In this document: piece by piece, positions 22,455 to 32,134 of the stretch
How positions within the stretch are numbered: position 1 is the stretch's first letter
Layout: every line of letters starts with the position of its first letter
Assembly: GCA_038064835.1 (NCBI GenBank)
Contig: JBBTSD010000001.1
Span: 170,361 to 234,360 of the forward strand
Direction: 5' to 3'
DNA length: 64,000 nt
From: Patescibacteria group bacterium
GTDB taxonomy: Bacteria > Patescibacteriota > Minisyncoccia > Phycocordibacterales > UBA2100
Translations under genes and position numbers: made by a program
The notes under the pieces: generated by a model
Seen by the model: only the letters and a program-made list of their open reading frames with translations
Told to the model about the DNA's origin: nothing
The model's database searches: none

Positions 22455-22740
22455 CTAGAGTGGCCAGGTGTGTCGCGTAACCCAATCAATATCGTGTTCG
22501 CAGCGGTCATGTCGCCACTCTTTTCCGAGTCTAACCAACGCCTTTCTCGTTGGATTTTTTTGCGCAAGCAATTCACCAAGAATGTCCTTTTGAAATGGTG
22601 TAAGGGATTCAAAAAGTGCGTTGACCGCAGTTTGCCACTTTTCCTCACTATGTGGTCTGGAGAATTGGGCTTCTTTAAAAGCACGCATGATGCGCTCATC
22701 GCTGTCCGATGGTGTTCCAAAAACGAAAAGACGACTCATA
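22455..22740 (-). CDS. hypothetical protein
   Basis: Protein-like ORF starting MSRLFVFG; fills the gap; start uncertain. Confidence 0.4.
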
Positions 22741-22839
22741 TTCAGTCCTGTATTGCTACTTCCCATGTGATTGTACTTTTTAATCCAGTACCTGACCAGA
22801 TGGAGACAGGAAATAGAGACAGAGTGGTACACTGGGCGC

Positions 22840-23400
22840 ATGACCAGTGTCATTGGACTTATCGGAGAGAAGGGAGGTGGAAAGGGCACATTCGCCATTC
22901 ATCTGGCGTCGGCAATAAGTCCGCGGACGCTCAAAGTCGTGCGCTTTTCGACGCTTTTGCGAGAGACACTCGATATGTGGCACCTCTCACCAACTCGGGC
23001 GAATTTGCAAAAGATTGCAGTGGTTATGGACGATGCGTTTGGTGTGGGAACTCTTGCAAATGCAACCTATGAGCGGGTGGCACAAGTAACGGCGGATGTC
23101 GTCTTGTTGGATGGTGTGCGTTGGGATAGTGATTTGGCGCTGGTGCGGCGCTTCCCGAAAAATGCATTGGTGTATATCACTGCATCGCCAGAGGTACGGT
23201 ATGCACGCACGGTGACTCGCGGAGAAAAAGTGGGAGAATCAGAAACAAGCTTTGAGCAATTTATGCGCGAAGAACAAGCGGCTAACGAGGTGCATATCGC
23301 GCGTTTGGCCGAGTCGGCAGACCAAGTCATAAAGAACGACGGAGACATCGACTCCTTTGCTCGGGCAGTGGAAACATATGCCCGTGGACTCCCTTTGTAG
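22840..23400 (+). CDS. P-loop nucleotide kinase-like protein (dephospho-CoA/dNMP kinase-like)
   Basis: IGLIGEKGGGKGT, LDGVR, R..R...RG, ADQVIKND. Confidence 0.8.
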   Translation: MTSVIGLIGEKGGGKGTFAIHLASAISPRTLKVVRFSTLLRETLDMWHLSPTRANLQKIAVVMDDAFGVGTLANATYERVAQVTADVVLLDGVRWDSDLALVRRFPKNALVYITASPEVRYARTVTRGEKVGESETSFEQFMREEQAANEVHIARLAESADQVIKNDGDIDSFARAVETYARGLPL

Positions 23401-23445
23401 CGACATCTTTTCTTGGGGGACGCAAGGTGGTATTCTAATTCTCAC

Positions 23446-23521
23446 GCCGGCATAGCTCAGTGGTTAGAGCGAGCGCTTCATAAGCGCTAGGTCCCAAGTT
23501 CGATCCTTGGTGTCGGCACCA
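23446..23521 (+). tRNA. tRNA with CAT anticodon (elongator Met or Ile2)
   Basis: GCCGGCATAGCTCAG...AGCGC-TT-CAT-AA-GCGCT...TGTCGGCACCA. Confidence 0.92.
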
Positions 23522-23620
23522 GAAACAGCAAGAAATAAAAATCGAAGGATACAGAGATGTCGTGGTACCCTATGGATGTGGCCTGGCAAAACCACTAATT
23601 CCTGGTATGATTTTGCCGTT

Positions 23621-23694
23621 GCGGCTGTAGCTCAACTGGTTAGAGCACTCGCCTGTCACGCGAGAGGTTACCGGTTCAAGTCCGGCCAGCCGCG
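23621..23694 (+). tRNA. tRNA-Asp(GTC)
   Basis: GCGGCTGTAGCTCAA...CT-GTC-AC...GGTTCAAGTCCGGCCAGCCGCG. Confidence 0.93.
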
Positions 23695-23777
23695 CAAGTA
23701 ACAAACCCCAAAGCTTATGCTTTGGATTTTTGTTGGATAAGTAAGGCTTGCGTACCGGTTTGTTTGGGTGCTAGCGT

Positions 23778-25286
23778 GTGGCTATGGATGAAAACACTTC
23801 CGCAACGACTGCTAGGCAATCGGGTCTCATTGTGGGGGTGGCCCTTATCCTTGGGATTCTGGCAGATCATCTCTTTTTCGAGATTGTGCCTGGCCTGAAT
23901 TTCACCGTCTTTGCCGTGGCGGTGGTAGCCTCTTTTCTGGGGTTGCAGGTGTATCTGGGGAAGATCTTTCAGAGAGATTTATTCTGGCCGGTCCCGCTAC
24001 TACTTTTTCTCGCTCTCATGGTGTCGATTCGCGCCAATATCCTTCTTACATTTTTGAACATTGTTGGCTGTGGGCTTTTACTGCTCTTGATTGCCGAGGT
24101 TTCGGTCCGAGGGTCGGTCCGAAATTTTGTTCTATTTGATTATCTTAAGCTTCTCGTTCCGGCAAATTTTGTTACCGCTTTTTTCAAAGTGATCGGGAAT
24201 GTGTGGTCAATACGCAAGGCGGAGGGGGATAGTGCCAGGATGCCACACATCATCCGTGGCATCCTTATTACAGCGCCGGTACTCATTCTTTTCACTGTTC
24301 TTTTTTCATCCGCCGATCTCGTCTTCAGCAAGTATGTTTCTCAAGTATTTTCCTTCGATTTCAATGTGGTGCCCCATGTTTTCGTAGTCTTGTTAGTAGC
24401 GGTCTATTTGGTCGCCGTCTTCGGGTATGCGTTCTTTGGAGTGTACTCACACGGCCGAGTTTCCTCACGAGCATTCTTTCGGCTGGGGTATACCGAGATT
24501 GCTATTTTGCTTGGATCAGTGAATGCGCTTTTTCTCGCGTTCATTTTGATACAAATTACTTACCTATTTGGTGGCGAAAGTAACATAACTAGCCAGGGCC
24601 TCACTTTTGCTGAGTATGCACGAAAGGGCTTCTTTGAGCTGATTGCTGTTGCAACCTTTTCGTACTTGCTACTTCTTGCCACAGAAAAATTGATTGAGCG
24701 AAATGGCACCACCCATTCACGCACATTCAAAATAGTGAGTACTGCAGTGGTAATTCAGCTGGGGGTTATCATGATTTCAGCATCCATGCGCCTGTCTTTA
24801 TATGAAAATGCATTCGGGTTTACCACCCTGCGTTTGTATAGCCATGCGTTTATTTTATTGCTGGGAGTAGTATTTGTTTTCCTTGCGCAAAAAATCCTTG
24901 TTGATGGGAAAGACGAGACGCTCGCTTTCCGCACATTTTTGGCGGTGGCCTCATTCCTGGTTCTGATGAATATGTTCAACCCCGATCTTTTTATTGCCAA
25001 AAAGAACATTGAGCGATATCACACAATCCAAAAAATAGATGCGGCATATTTGTCTGAGCTTTCTGCAGATGCAACACCTGCAACACTGCAGCTACTCGAC
25101 GCTGTGGACGAAGATGTTCGGAATCATGTGGGGCGGGTCCTTTATGCAAAGATACATGTTGGGCCATTGGGGTTGTACTCACTCAACTATGCGCGCTCCG
25201 TTGAGCAGTCTATGCTTAGCCAGAAGTCTGAACAATTAAAAGAATATGAGTTTGCAGGAAGTAATCCGACCTTTCTCGCTCCATAG
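23778..25286 (+). CDS. DUF4173/DUF4153 family membrane protein
   Basis: LFSSAD.VF, YLFGG, TFAEYARKGFFEL, YE.AFGFT.LRLY, YLSELSADA. Confidence 0.8.
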   Translation: MAMDENTSATTARQSGLIVGVALILGILADHLFFEIVPGLNFTVFAVAVVASFLGLQVYLGKIFQRDLFWPVPLLLFLALMVSIRANILLTFLNIVGCGLLLLLIAEVSVRGSVRNFVLFDYLKLLVPANFVTAFFKVIGNVWSIRKAEGDSARMPHIIRGILITAPVLILFTVLFSSADLVFSKYVSQVFSFDFNVVPHVFVVLLVAVYLVAVFGYAFFGVYSHGRVSSRAFFRLGYTEIAILLGSVNALFLAFILIQITYLFGGESNITSQGLTFAEYARKGFFELIAVATFSYLLLLATEKLIERNGTTHSRTFKIVSTAVVIQLGVIMISASMRLSLYENAFGFTTLRLYSHAFILLLGVVFVFLAQKILVDGKDETLAFRTFLAVASFLVLMNMFNPDLFIAKKNIERYHTIQKIDAAYLSELSADATPATLQLLDAVDEDVRNHVGRVLYAKIHVGPLGLYSLNYARSVEQSMLSQKSEQLKEYEFAGSNPTFLAP

Positions 25287-25319
25287 CGCAGCAAAAGACC
25301 GCCCGAAGGCGGTCTGTCG

Positions 25320-25937
25320 TTAGGCTGTGGCAAGTACGAGTGCGGGCGGCTTCTCGACAAACTGACGCCTCGCAACGATGGTGAGCATCAATACTGTCAT
25401 GAGTGTGCCAAACCACACAGGCACCGCGATTGCCTCAAAGCTGTAGTCTGGCGAGGCGAGGAATTGTGTGACGGCCGCACTCCAGAACATTCCCCACGCC
25501 CCGAGCGGCTCGGAGTAAGGTTCCTTGATTGTTTTCCAGAACATAGGAAGGGAGCCGAGAGTCACGGCGATGAGGGATGCAAGGAGCACCCACCATGGCG
25601 TGCCGCCAAAGTGTATCGACGCTCCCATGCCGACCATGATGACTGCGGCAATGAAACCATCGCTCTTTGCCCACGGCACCAGCATTCCTCGCCATGCACC
25701 GATCGCGAGAATGATCAGGATGCCGATAATCGACCCGATCATTTGGTACGAAATGATGCCGGCCCAGAACATGGCGACGAATCGAAGGGTGTCGAGGCCA
25801 CCCCAGATTGTCCAAGTGGACAGGGTCGGCTTTGCGTGCCCACGCCAGACTTCGACTGCGTAGGGGATGTTGCCGAGGACATTCAGACTGGTAGACGCCA
25901 GACCGAGATACACGGCCATTTCTGTGGATATCTGCAT
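25320..25937 (-). CDS. hypothetical multi-pass membrane protein
   Basis: About 7 TM segments; PY....G..KP...TW.IW and P..EP...W repeats; GC-richer than neighbours. Confidence 0.7.
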   Translation of the reverse strand: MQISTEMAVYLGLASTSLNVLGNIPYAVEVWRGHAKPTLSTWTIWGGLDTLRFVAMFWAGIISYQMIGSIIGILIILAIGAWRGMLVPWAKSDGFIAAVIMVGMGASIHFGGTPWWVLLASLIAVTLGSLPMFWKTIKEPYSEPLGAWGMFWSAAVTQFLASPDYSFEAIAVPVWFGTLMTVLMLTIVARRQFVEKPPALVLATA

Positions 25938-26042
25938 GGTCTCTCCCTGTAGCTGTCGGTATTATACATCGAATAAAAGAAATAGCAAGTGTCGTGCTTG
26001 AAAATTCCACAAGGGTTATTAAGGAGCATGGTGCAATCGTTA

Positions 26043-26591
26043 TTAAAAAGTCGAAGCAGGTGTGTCTATAGCTCCAAACAACATCTCTCTTTTTATTGTG
26101 TCAGGAAATACTTCGCGCTCGTAATGCATGCCATCCGCATCGAGTGAGATGATTGGTTTTTCGAGTAGCTCAGAAGCTTGTGTGTTTGGAATATGGGGAA
26201 CCTGCGCTACGCGCAGAATCTTTTCAAGATGTCCGCTAAATTCACCCCAGCAATTGCCGTGCGCAAATCCAGACAAAAATATATCCTTCATCGCATCTTT
26301 TCCATCGCGAGTATCATTGTGCAGGACAAGGCGTACTTTGTTTCCCTTGAATGATCGGTACACGACTCCGGCGATAATCTCATTACTTTTCTTTGTTAGC
26401 TTCCAAAGACCAGGAGTTTGGATAAGGTTCTCAATTTCCGCACCGTACAAGTTTCCATCTTCGCTATTTCCGTACCCTTCATATGTTTTCACGATGAGTT
26501 GCCAAACTTGCTCGGCGTGCGCGCGGCGACTTTCGGGGGTAGCTAGTGTTACAGTAATAAAAGGTGCCGGAGCCTGATCAGGTGTTCGCAT
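26043..26591 (-). CDS. hypothetical protein, possibly phage-related
   Basis: 182 aa ORF with TATACT just upstream; PGLWKL, WGEFSG, IPN..A, DG.HY.R segments. Confidence 0.6.
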   Translation of the reverse strand: MRTPDQAPAPFITVTLATPESRRAHAEQVWQLIVKTYEGYGNSEDGNLYGAEIENLIQTPGLWKLTKKSNEIIAGVVYRSFKGNKVRLVLHNDTRDGKDAMKDIFLSGFAHGNCWGEFSGHLEKILRVAQVPHIPNTQASELLEKPIISLDADGMHYEREVFPDTIKREMLFGAIDTPASTF

Positions 26592-26697
26592 GGAGTCCAG
26601 TATATCTGGTATGCTCCTCTGCGGTATGCAGTTTTGCTAGACAAGCCAAATCCACCCAGTACTGTGGACACAGTTGTTTCGTCGAAAGTAAAAAACC

Positions 26698-27027
26698 ATG
26701 AATCATCTCACTTCAAAAAAATGTGCCCCTTGTAGGGGAGATACCCCAACACTTTCTTCCGAAGCCATATCGGCATTTTTGGAAATGGTTCCTGGATGGA
26801 CGCATGATGGGAGTGTCATAAAAAAGACTTTCTCATTCAAGAACTTCAAAGAGGCTTTGGTCTTTTTCAATGAAGTCGCCAAGCTTGCGGATCAAGAGGA
26901 CCATCACCCCGACATGGGTATCCGTGGGTGGAAGTATGTGGATATGGCTTTCTCAACCCATGCAGTCAAAGGGTTGACCGAAAACGATTTCATCATGGCC
27001 GCAAAGGTTGAGGCGCTGAGAATATAA
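26698..27027 (+). CDS. phhB: pterin-4-alpha-carbinolamine dehydratase
   Basis: KKCAPC, F.FKNF, DHHPD, STHAVKGLTENDFIMAAK. Confidence 0.93.
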   Translation: MNHLTSKKCAPCRGDTPTLSSEAISAFLEMVPGWTHDGSVIKKTFSFKNFKEALVFFNEVAKLADQEDHHPDMGIRGWKYVDMAFSTHAVKGLTENDFIMAAKVEALRI

Positions 27028-27042
27028 CTATCGAGAGATAAC

Positions 27043-27070
27043 AAAAAACCGCTGATATCAGCGGCTTTTT
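27043..27070. terminator. bidirectional terminator
   Basis: AAAAAACCGCTGATATCAGCGGCTTTTT. Confidence 0.8.
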
Positions 27071-28231
27071 CTATATCTTCACAGAAAGGGTTTCCTCGAG
27101 ATGCTTTGCCAAGGAAGGCATGAATGGTGTTCCGCCCGTTCCTACCGCGGCAGGGTTGGCACCTTGGTCGTGTATACGGGACTGCTTGTGAATGTACGAC
27201 ACCGCGTACTCGAGATGTTTCTTGCGCACCGCGTAGAGTGTTTCGGCACATCTATTGAACACGGGGGCAAGTTCGCGACGAGTTGCAACAAATGCTCTGA
27301 TCGAAGGTCGGGCTTCGACAGCTGCAATCAGTGCGCGGTGTGGCATGGGCATGTACGCTCGCATTTCAGCCAGATGCTCGCTCAGCATGCCCTGTGCATG
27401 TGTGACCCCCAGTACCGCGTCAAGGACCGGAACGATTGAGCTCTGCGCGCCGGTCTCGCCACGGAATTGTTGCGGGGCATCACCGTATTCGGTTCCTTCA
27501 TAAATAACTCCTTCGGGAATTAGCGGATGATTCTTCCATCCATGAATGAAAGGGCGAACCCGATTGTAGTAGATGTATGGGTCGCATCGTTCAGGCATAC
27601 GACAGAATGTCGCATACACCTGTTCTAGGGAACGATTCATGGTGCGCAAGCACCGTTCAAGTGCTTGGGTATTGAAGGAAAGAGCCGCTTCTTGGGCTCG
27701 CGTTGCCGCAACGAGTGCCTCACCTGCTCGTGCTTCCATGTCGATATGCACGAGCGTAAACCACTCCTCGTCTAGCCCTCCCAGAAAATGCTGAAGGAGC
27801 ACAATGTTGCCCAGGGCAATAGATCCCTTCAGATCGAGGCGACGCCAATTGTTAAGTGCATAAGACGCGTACGAAAGTATGGGAGGTCGCCCCACAGCTT
27901 TCGAAACAGCAACCAATGGAGCGGCCACACTCTTTGGTATGCGTGCGGCAGCACTGTCATCTTGCCATCTTTCCCACACCATCCCTGAAGCAAAGAATGA
28001 GAGGAGTAAGTAAGCCCGTTCGAGCTCGCATCCTTGCAGACTTCCTGTGGCAAGCTCGGGCATGGCCCGGATTTTTGCACCGAGGCTTCGTGCAGCAATT
28101 AGCCCAGGGAGTTCTTCGGCGAGTCGCTCCCACTGTTGGAATCGACGAGGAAGATGGCGTAATGGGTCTGCTTTTGGCAGAAATCCCCGCTCCGCACTTA
28201 CATCAAAGCTTGTAAGATTAAGGCCTTGCAT
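27071..28231 (-). CDS. indoleamine 2,3-dioxygenase family protein
   Basis: RGFLP..DP..LP, RPPILSYA...L.NW, DEEWF.LVH, RGETGAQSS, MRAYMP..H, proximal His, GTGGT. Confidence 0.9.
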   Translation of the reverse strand: MQGLNLTSFDVSAERGFLPKADPLRHLPRRFQQWERLAEELPGLIAARSLGAKIRAMPELATGSLQGCELERAYLLLSFFASGMVWERWQDDSAAARIPKSVAAPLVAVSKAVGRPPILSYASYALNNWRRLDLKGSIALGNIVLLQHFLGGLDEEWFTLVHIDMEARAGEALVAATRAQEAALSFNTQALERCLRTMNRSLEQVYATFCRMPERCDPYIYYNRVRPFIHGWKNHPLIPEGVIYEGTEYGDAPQQFRGETGAQSSIVPVLDAVLGVTHAQGMLSEHLAEMRAYMPMPHRALIAAVEARPSIRAFVATRRELAPVFNRCAETLYAVRKKHLEYAVSYIHKQSRIHDQGANPAAVGTGGTPFMPSLAKHLEETLSVKI

Positions 28232-28354
28232 TGGGTGTCCTTGTTAAATAGCTCACTCAGATGAGCCTATGAAAAAAGAACTCTCGAGTCAAACACACAT
28301 AAAAGCACCCGACGATCACCGGATGCTTTTGAGCGGTTTAAAATCCGTCTGGGT

Positions 28355-28879
28355 CTATTCGTCGTGCAGAAACGCTGACAGACTCAAATAATCACTCTTG
28401 CCGATATCGACACCGTTCTTACGAAGAATTGAGTATGCGGTAGTGAGGTGAAAATAGAAGTTAGGGAGAGCGTAGTAAGTAAGGTACTCAAGTCCTACGA
28501 AATGCTTACCAGGGAAGTAGGGGAGGGTTACTTTAATTTCTTCGTTCCCGATAATTTGTTCTGGCTTGATGGTGTCCAAAAACGCAATGGTCTTTTCAAT
28601 GCGTACCTTGAATTCCTCGGCAGTTTTTTCTTCGTCAGCAAACTTCGGGATGTCGATACCTGCCAAGCGGGCAGCTGTTCCTTTGGCGTTGTCGCACACC
28701 ATACGAATCTGGCGGGAAAGAGGGAATTGGTCAAAGACCAGCTTCTCGGCAAAGAGATGCGTCACTTCACCCTTTTTCATATCGGCATGAATCACGGCTT
28801 TGTCGATAAGTCCGGAGAGATTCTGTAAAGCAGTCTTCAAAGGCGGTATCGAAGCGTTGTAAAGATTTATTTTTTCCAT
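28355..28879 (-). CDS. DUF1993 family protein
   Basis: DQFPL..Q, ARLAG, LPNFYFHLTTAYSILRKNGVDIGKSDY. Confidence 0.9.
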   Translation of the reverse strand: MEKINLYNASIPPLKTALQNLSGLIDKAVIHADMKKGEVTHLFAEKLVFDQFPLSRQIRMVCDNAKGTAARLAGIDIPKFADEEKTAEEFKVRIEKTIAFLDTIKPEQIIGNEEIKVTLPYFPGKHFVGLEYLTYYALPNFYFHLTTAYSILRKNGVDIGKSDYLSLSAFLHDE

Positions 28880-29095
28880 AAGGTAGGTGCTAGTAATAAT
28901 GGTAAGAGTATAGCATGAGTCACCTGTGGATAACTCATTGCGGCCACTTTTAAGCGCGTACACTATCAGGAATTTGTGTATGCGATATGAATACAAGCAG
29001 TGCGCATACGCAAAGTATTATCAAGAACCGCCGTATGGCGGATTTTTTCTATCCGAGACCGTAAGTCTCGCGAATTGTGTATGATCAGAAACCAC

Positions 29096-29968
29096 ATGCC
29101 GACACGCGACATTGTCGCCTTTAGTAAAACCGCGAATGCTCTTCGCGGTTTTTTTATCAAAAAAGGATTTGTCGAAGTCCACACACAGGATCGGCTGTCG
29201 ATTCTCGCGGCGTGCGAGGACCCCACCACGGTCGCTACTTTCGAGTATGAGGGGCAGGTCTGGCCTCTCCCGCAAACGGGTCAGATGTGGCTGGAATACG
29301 AGTTGCTTACCAGGCCAAAACTCCCCGGAGTGTTTTGTCTCTCGACTAGTTATCGCAACGAGCCTAATCCTGTCCCTGGGCGCCACGAGCGCATGTTCCC
29401 CATGTTTGAATTTGAGTCTGCGGGCACTATGGATGACCTGAGAAAACTTGAAGAAGATTTGTGCAGTCATCTTGGCTTGGGTAAAAAGAAAGCATTTGCG
29501 CATGCGCGTTATGCCGATATGAGCACGCGCTACGATGTTGCGGATATAAGTAGTCGCGAAGAGGCGCGCATGAAGGAAGAGTTTGGACGAGTGGTGTTTC
29601 TCGAATATTTTCCCGAGCATACTTCGCCCTTCTGGAATATGCGTCGCGGCAAAGGAGTGGCACACAAGATAGATGTAATTATCGATGGTATGGAAACAAT
29701 TGGGTCGGCGGAACGAGGCTCTGATTCAGTCGAGATGCGCGAACGATTCCATACTATCTCGGGTGGTGACTATGCAAAACTGCTGTACAAACTATTCGGA
29801 AAAAAACGAGTCGAGCGTGAGCTCGAAGACTTCTTGTCACTTAAGTTTTTCCCGCGCTTCGGTGGCGGTATCGGTATGACTCGCCTCATGAAGGCCCTTC
29901 AGGGGAGCAACAGCATGCCATCGCCAAATGAAAAAAAACGAAAGTCTTTCTCGATGGCCACCCGGTAG
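29096..29968 (+). CDS. class II aaRS-like protein (AsnRS/AspRS catalytic core only)
   Basis: GFVEV, LPQTGQMWLE, motif 2 YRNE...RH..F.MFEFE, ETIGSAER, motif 3 PRFGGGIGMTRL; no N-terminal OB domain. Confidence 0.85.
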   Translation: MPTRDIVAFSKTANALRGFFIKKGFVEVHTQDRLSILAACEDPTTVATFEYEGQVWPLPQTGQMWLEYELLTRPKLPGVFCLSTSYRNEPNPVPGRHERMFPMFEFESAGTMDDLRKLEEDLCSHLGLGKKKAFAHARYADMSTRYDVADISSREEARMKEEFGRVVFLEYFPEHTSPFWNMRRGKGVAHKIDVIIDGMETIGSAERGSDSVEMRERFHTISGGDYAKLLYKLFGKKRVERELEDFLSLKFFPRFGGGIGMTRLMKALQGSNSMPSPNEKKRKSFSMATR

Positions 29969-30930
29969 AGCTCAAACAATTTCTCGCGTCCAATGAAAGC
30001 TGCTACGAGCATCAGGAGAGACGACTGTGGCACATGAAAATTGGTGATGAGTCCGTCCACGACTGTAAAGTGATACCCCTCACGAATAAAAAGTTGAGTC
30101 GTGCCTCCCCCACTCTCGACTACACCGTCCTTTGTTGCAGACTCCAGGGTGCGCAGTGCGGTGGTACCGACCGCAATGACTGGATGGTTTGCCGATTTTG
30201 CCTCGGCAATCTTGCTAGCGGCCTGGGCAGAAATCGTATAGCGCTCCTCATGAAGCTTTCCTTCGGCAATAGCTTCTTGTGTGAGCGGGGCAAATGTCCC
30301 CAGGCCTACATGGAGTGTCAGCTCGGTTGAGTCGACTCCTGCTTTTGCAAGCTTGTCGAGTAATTCAACAGTGAAGTGGAGAGAAGCTGTTGGAGCGGCG
30401 ACTGATCCAGGCTCTTTTGCAAACAGTGCCTGGTAGCGAACGCGCAGTTCGGCTTCGGTGAGTGGTGTGTATTTGAGGTATGGCGGAATGGGCGTGGCGC
30501 CGTGCACAGTGACTAGTTCGATGAAAGGTGCGGTTGCAGTTAATGCATACTCGCTTCCTGTTACCGAGGAGACAGTAATGGTTTCCCCACCTACAGTCAC
30601 TGCTTCCCCTGGATCGAGGCGTTTATTGATAAGCGCCTGACAAGTATTGTGTGTGTTGTCTATGGCTGTGCAGAGTATCTCCACAACCCCTCCGGTTTTC
30701 TTTGTTGCGTACAAGCGGGCAGGGATAACCTTGGTGTTGTTGAATACCAGTAATGAGTGCGCTGGTAGGTACATGTCGAGATGAGCGAAGGTATCAAAGA
30801 AAACTTCCTGTGTCGATTTCTTGTAAACCAACAGTTTCGCGCTGTCGCGAGGTGTTGCGGGACTGAGTGCAATCCGTTCTTTTGCGAGTGGGTAGTCGTA
30901 TGCGGCGAGTAGCCGCTCAAAATCGGTCAT
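29899..30930 (-). CDS. queA: S-adenosylmethionine:tRNA ribosyltransferase-isomerase
   Basis: YDYPL...IA..P..PRD, NNTKVIPARL, PIPPY, GSVAAPTASLHF, LHVGLGTF, TNFHVP, FFSFGDGML. Confidence 0.96.
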   Translation of the reverse strand: MTDFERLLAAYDYPLAKERIALSPATPRDSAKLLVYKKSTQEVFFDTFAHLDMYLPAHSLLVFNNTKVIPARLYATKKTGGVVEILCTAIDNTHNTCQALINKRLDPGEAVTVGGETITVSSVTGSEYALTATAPFIELVTVHGATPIPPYLKYTPLTEAELRVRYQALFAKEPGSVAAPTASLHFTVELLDKLAKAGVDSTELTLHVGLGTFAPLTQEAIAEGKLHEERYTISAQAASKIAEAKSANHPVIAVGTTALRTLESATKDGVVESGGGTTQLFIREGYHFTVVDGLITNFHVPQSSLLMLVAAFIGREKLFELYRVAIEKDFRFFSFGDGMLLLP

Positions 30931-32063
30931 AAATCGCCTGAAGCAATTTTCTCGCGCATGTTTTTTGCAAGCGCGTTTAGATACTGCAGATTGTGTATGG
31001 TGGCCAGTGTCATTCCCGTGAGCTCGTGGGATTTTATAAGATGCGACACATAGGCGAGCGAATAATTTTTGCAGGTGTGGCATGCGCAGGTAGGGTCGAT
31101 TGGCACATGTGCATGCTTGTGAATAGATTTTCGCAAATCAAGGCGTCCTTGCGAAGTAAAAAGCATGCCGCGGCGTGCATAGTGCGTGGGCGCAATGCAA
31201 TCAAAAGTATCAGCACCTCCTTCCATAATGTAGGAAAAGTCTTCGGGGTGTCCCACTCCCAGCAGGTGCCGAGGTTTCTCGGCGGGGAGCGCATTGCTCG
31301 TGAGCTCGACAACTTCACGCAAAGAACTCTTGTCATAGCCAAACTCACCACCAATACCAAATCCTTCGAATGGCAACGCGCCAATTACTTGTGCGCTTTC
31401 AGTGCGTAGATGCTTGTAGGCACCACCCTGCACAATGCCGTACAAGGCCTGAGTTGATTTCTTTGCATCAAGACATAGGTGTGCCCAGCGATGTGTTTTT
31501 TCAAGCGATGCGCGCATGTACATTTCGTCGGCCAGGGGAGACGGGCACTCGTCAAAGGCAAACATAATGTCAGCGCCGATTGACTCTTGTATTTGGATTG
31601 ATTCGCGGGGACCAAGAAATAGTTGTGCACCATCGCGCGGTGAGCGAAACCACACGCCATCGTCTGTAATTTTCACCTTGGATGGCTGTGCCTCGACCTC
31701 GATGTTTTCCTCGGGCTTCTCTTTTAGAATTTTTCCCATGCCATGGTCGGTGCCAAATCCCATGCTGAAGACTTGAAATCCACCCGAATCAGTCATGAGT
31801 GGCCGCTGCCAGTGCATAAATTGATGCAAGCCCCCTGCCTCCTTCACCACATCCTCGCCGGGGGTTATATGGAGGTGAAAGGTGTTGCAAATAAGTGCTT
31901 GAGAGCCAAGCTCGGCGACAGTATCGCTGGTGATTGTGCGCACAGATCCGCGTGTGGCAACGGGTATGAATGAAGGAGTTTCAATATCGCCGTGAGGGGT
32001 AGATATCACCCCGAGGCGCGCGCTCGAGCGCGATGACTTTTTCAGTATTTGGAACGAAAACAT
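30927..32063 (-). CDS. tgt: tRNA-guanine transglycosylase
   Basis: TPHG.IETP, NTFHL, TDSGGFQVFS, FDEC, GIVQGG, PRHLLGVG, CxCxxC and HNL zinc site. Confidence 0.96.
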   Translation of the reverse strand: MFSFQILKKSSRSSARLGVISTPHGDIETPSFIPVATRGSVRTITSDTVAELGSQALICNTFHLHITPGEDVVKEAGGLHQFMHWQRPLMTDSGGFQVFSMGFGTDHGMGKILKEKPEENIEVEAQPSKVKITDDGVWFRSPRDGAQLFLGPRESIQIQESIGADIMFAFDECPSPLADEMYMRASLEKTHRWAHLCLDAKKSTQALYGIVQGGAYKHLRTESAQVIGALPFEGFGIGGEFGYDKSSLREVVELTSNALPAEKPRHLLGVGHPEDFSYIMEGGADTFDCIAPTHYARRGMLFTSQGRLDLRKSIHKHAHVPIDPTCACHTCKNYSLAYVSHLIKSHELTGMTLATIHNLQYLNALAKNMREKIASGDL

Positions 32064-32134
32064 ATACACAGATATAAACACACTTTCAATTTTTTGGTAC
32101 CAATGAAAAGGCCGCCCGAAGGGGCGGCCGCTAC

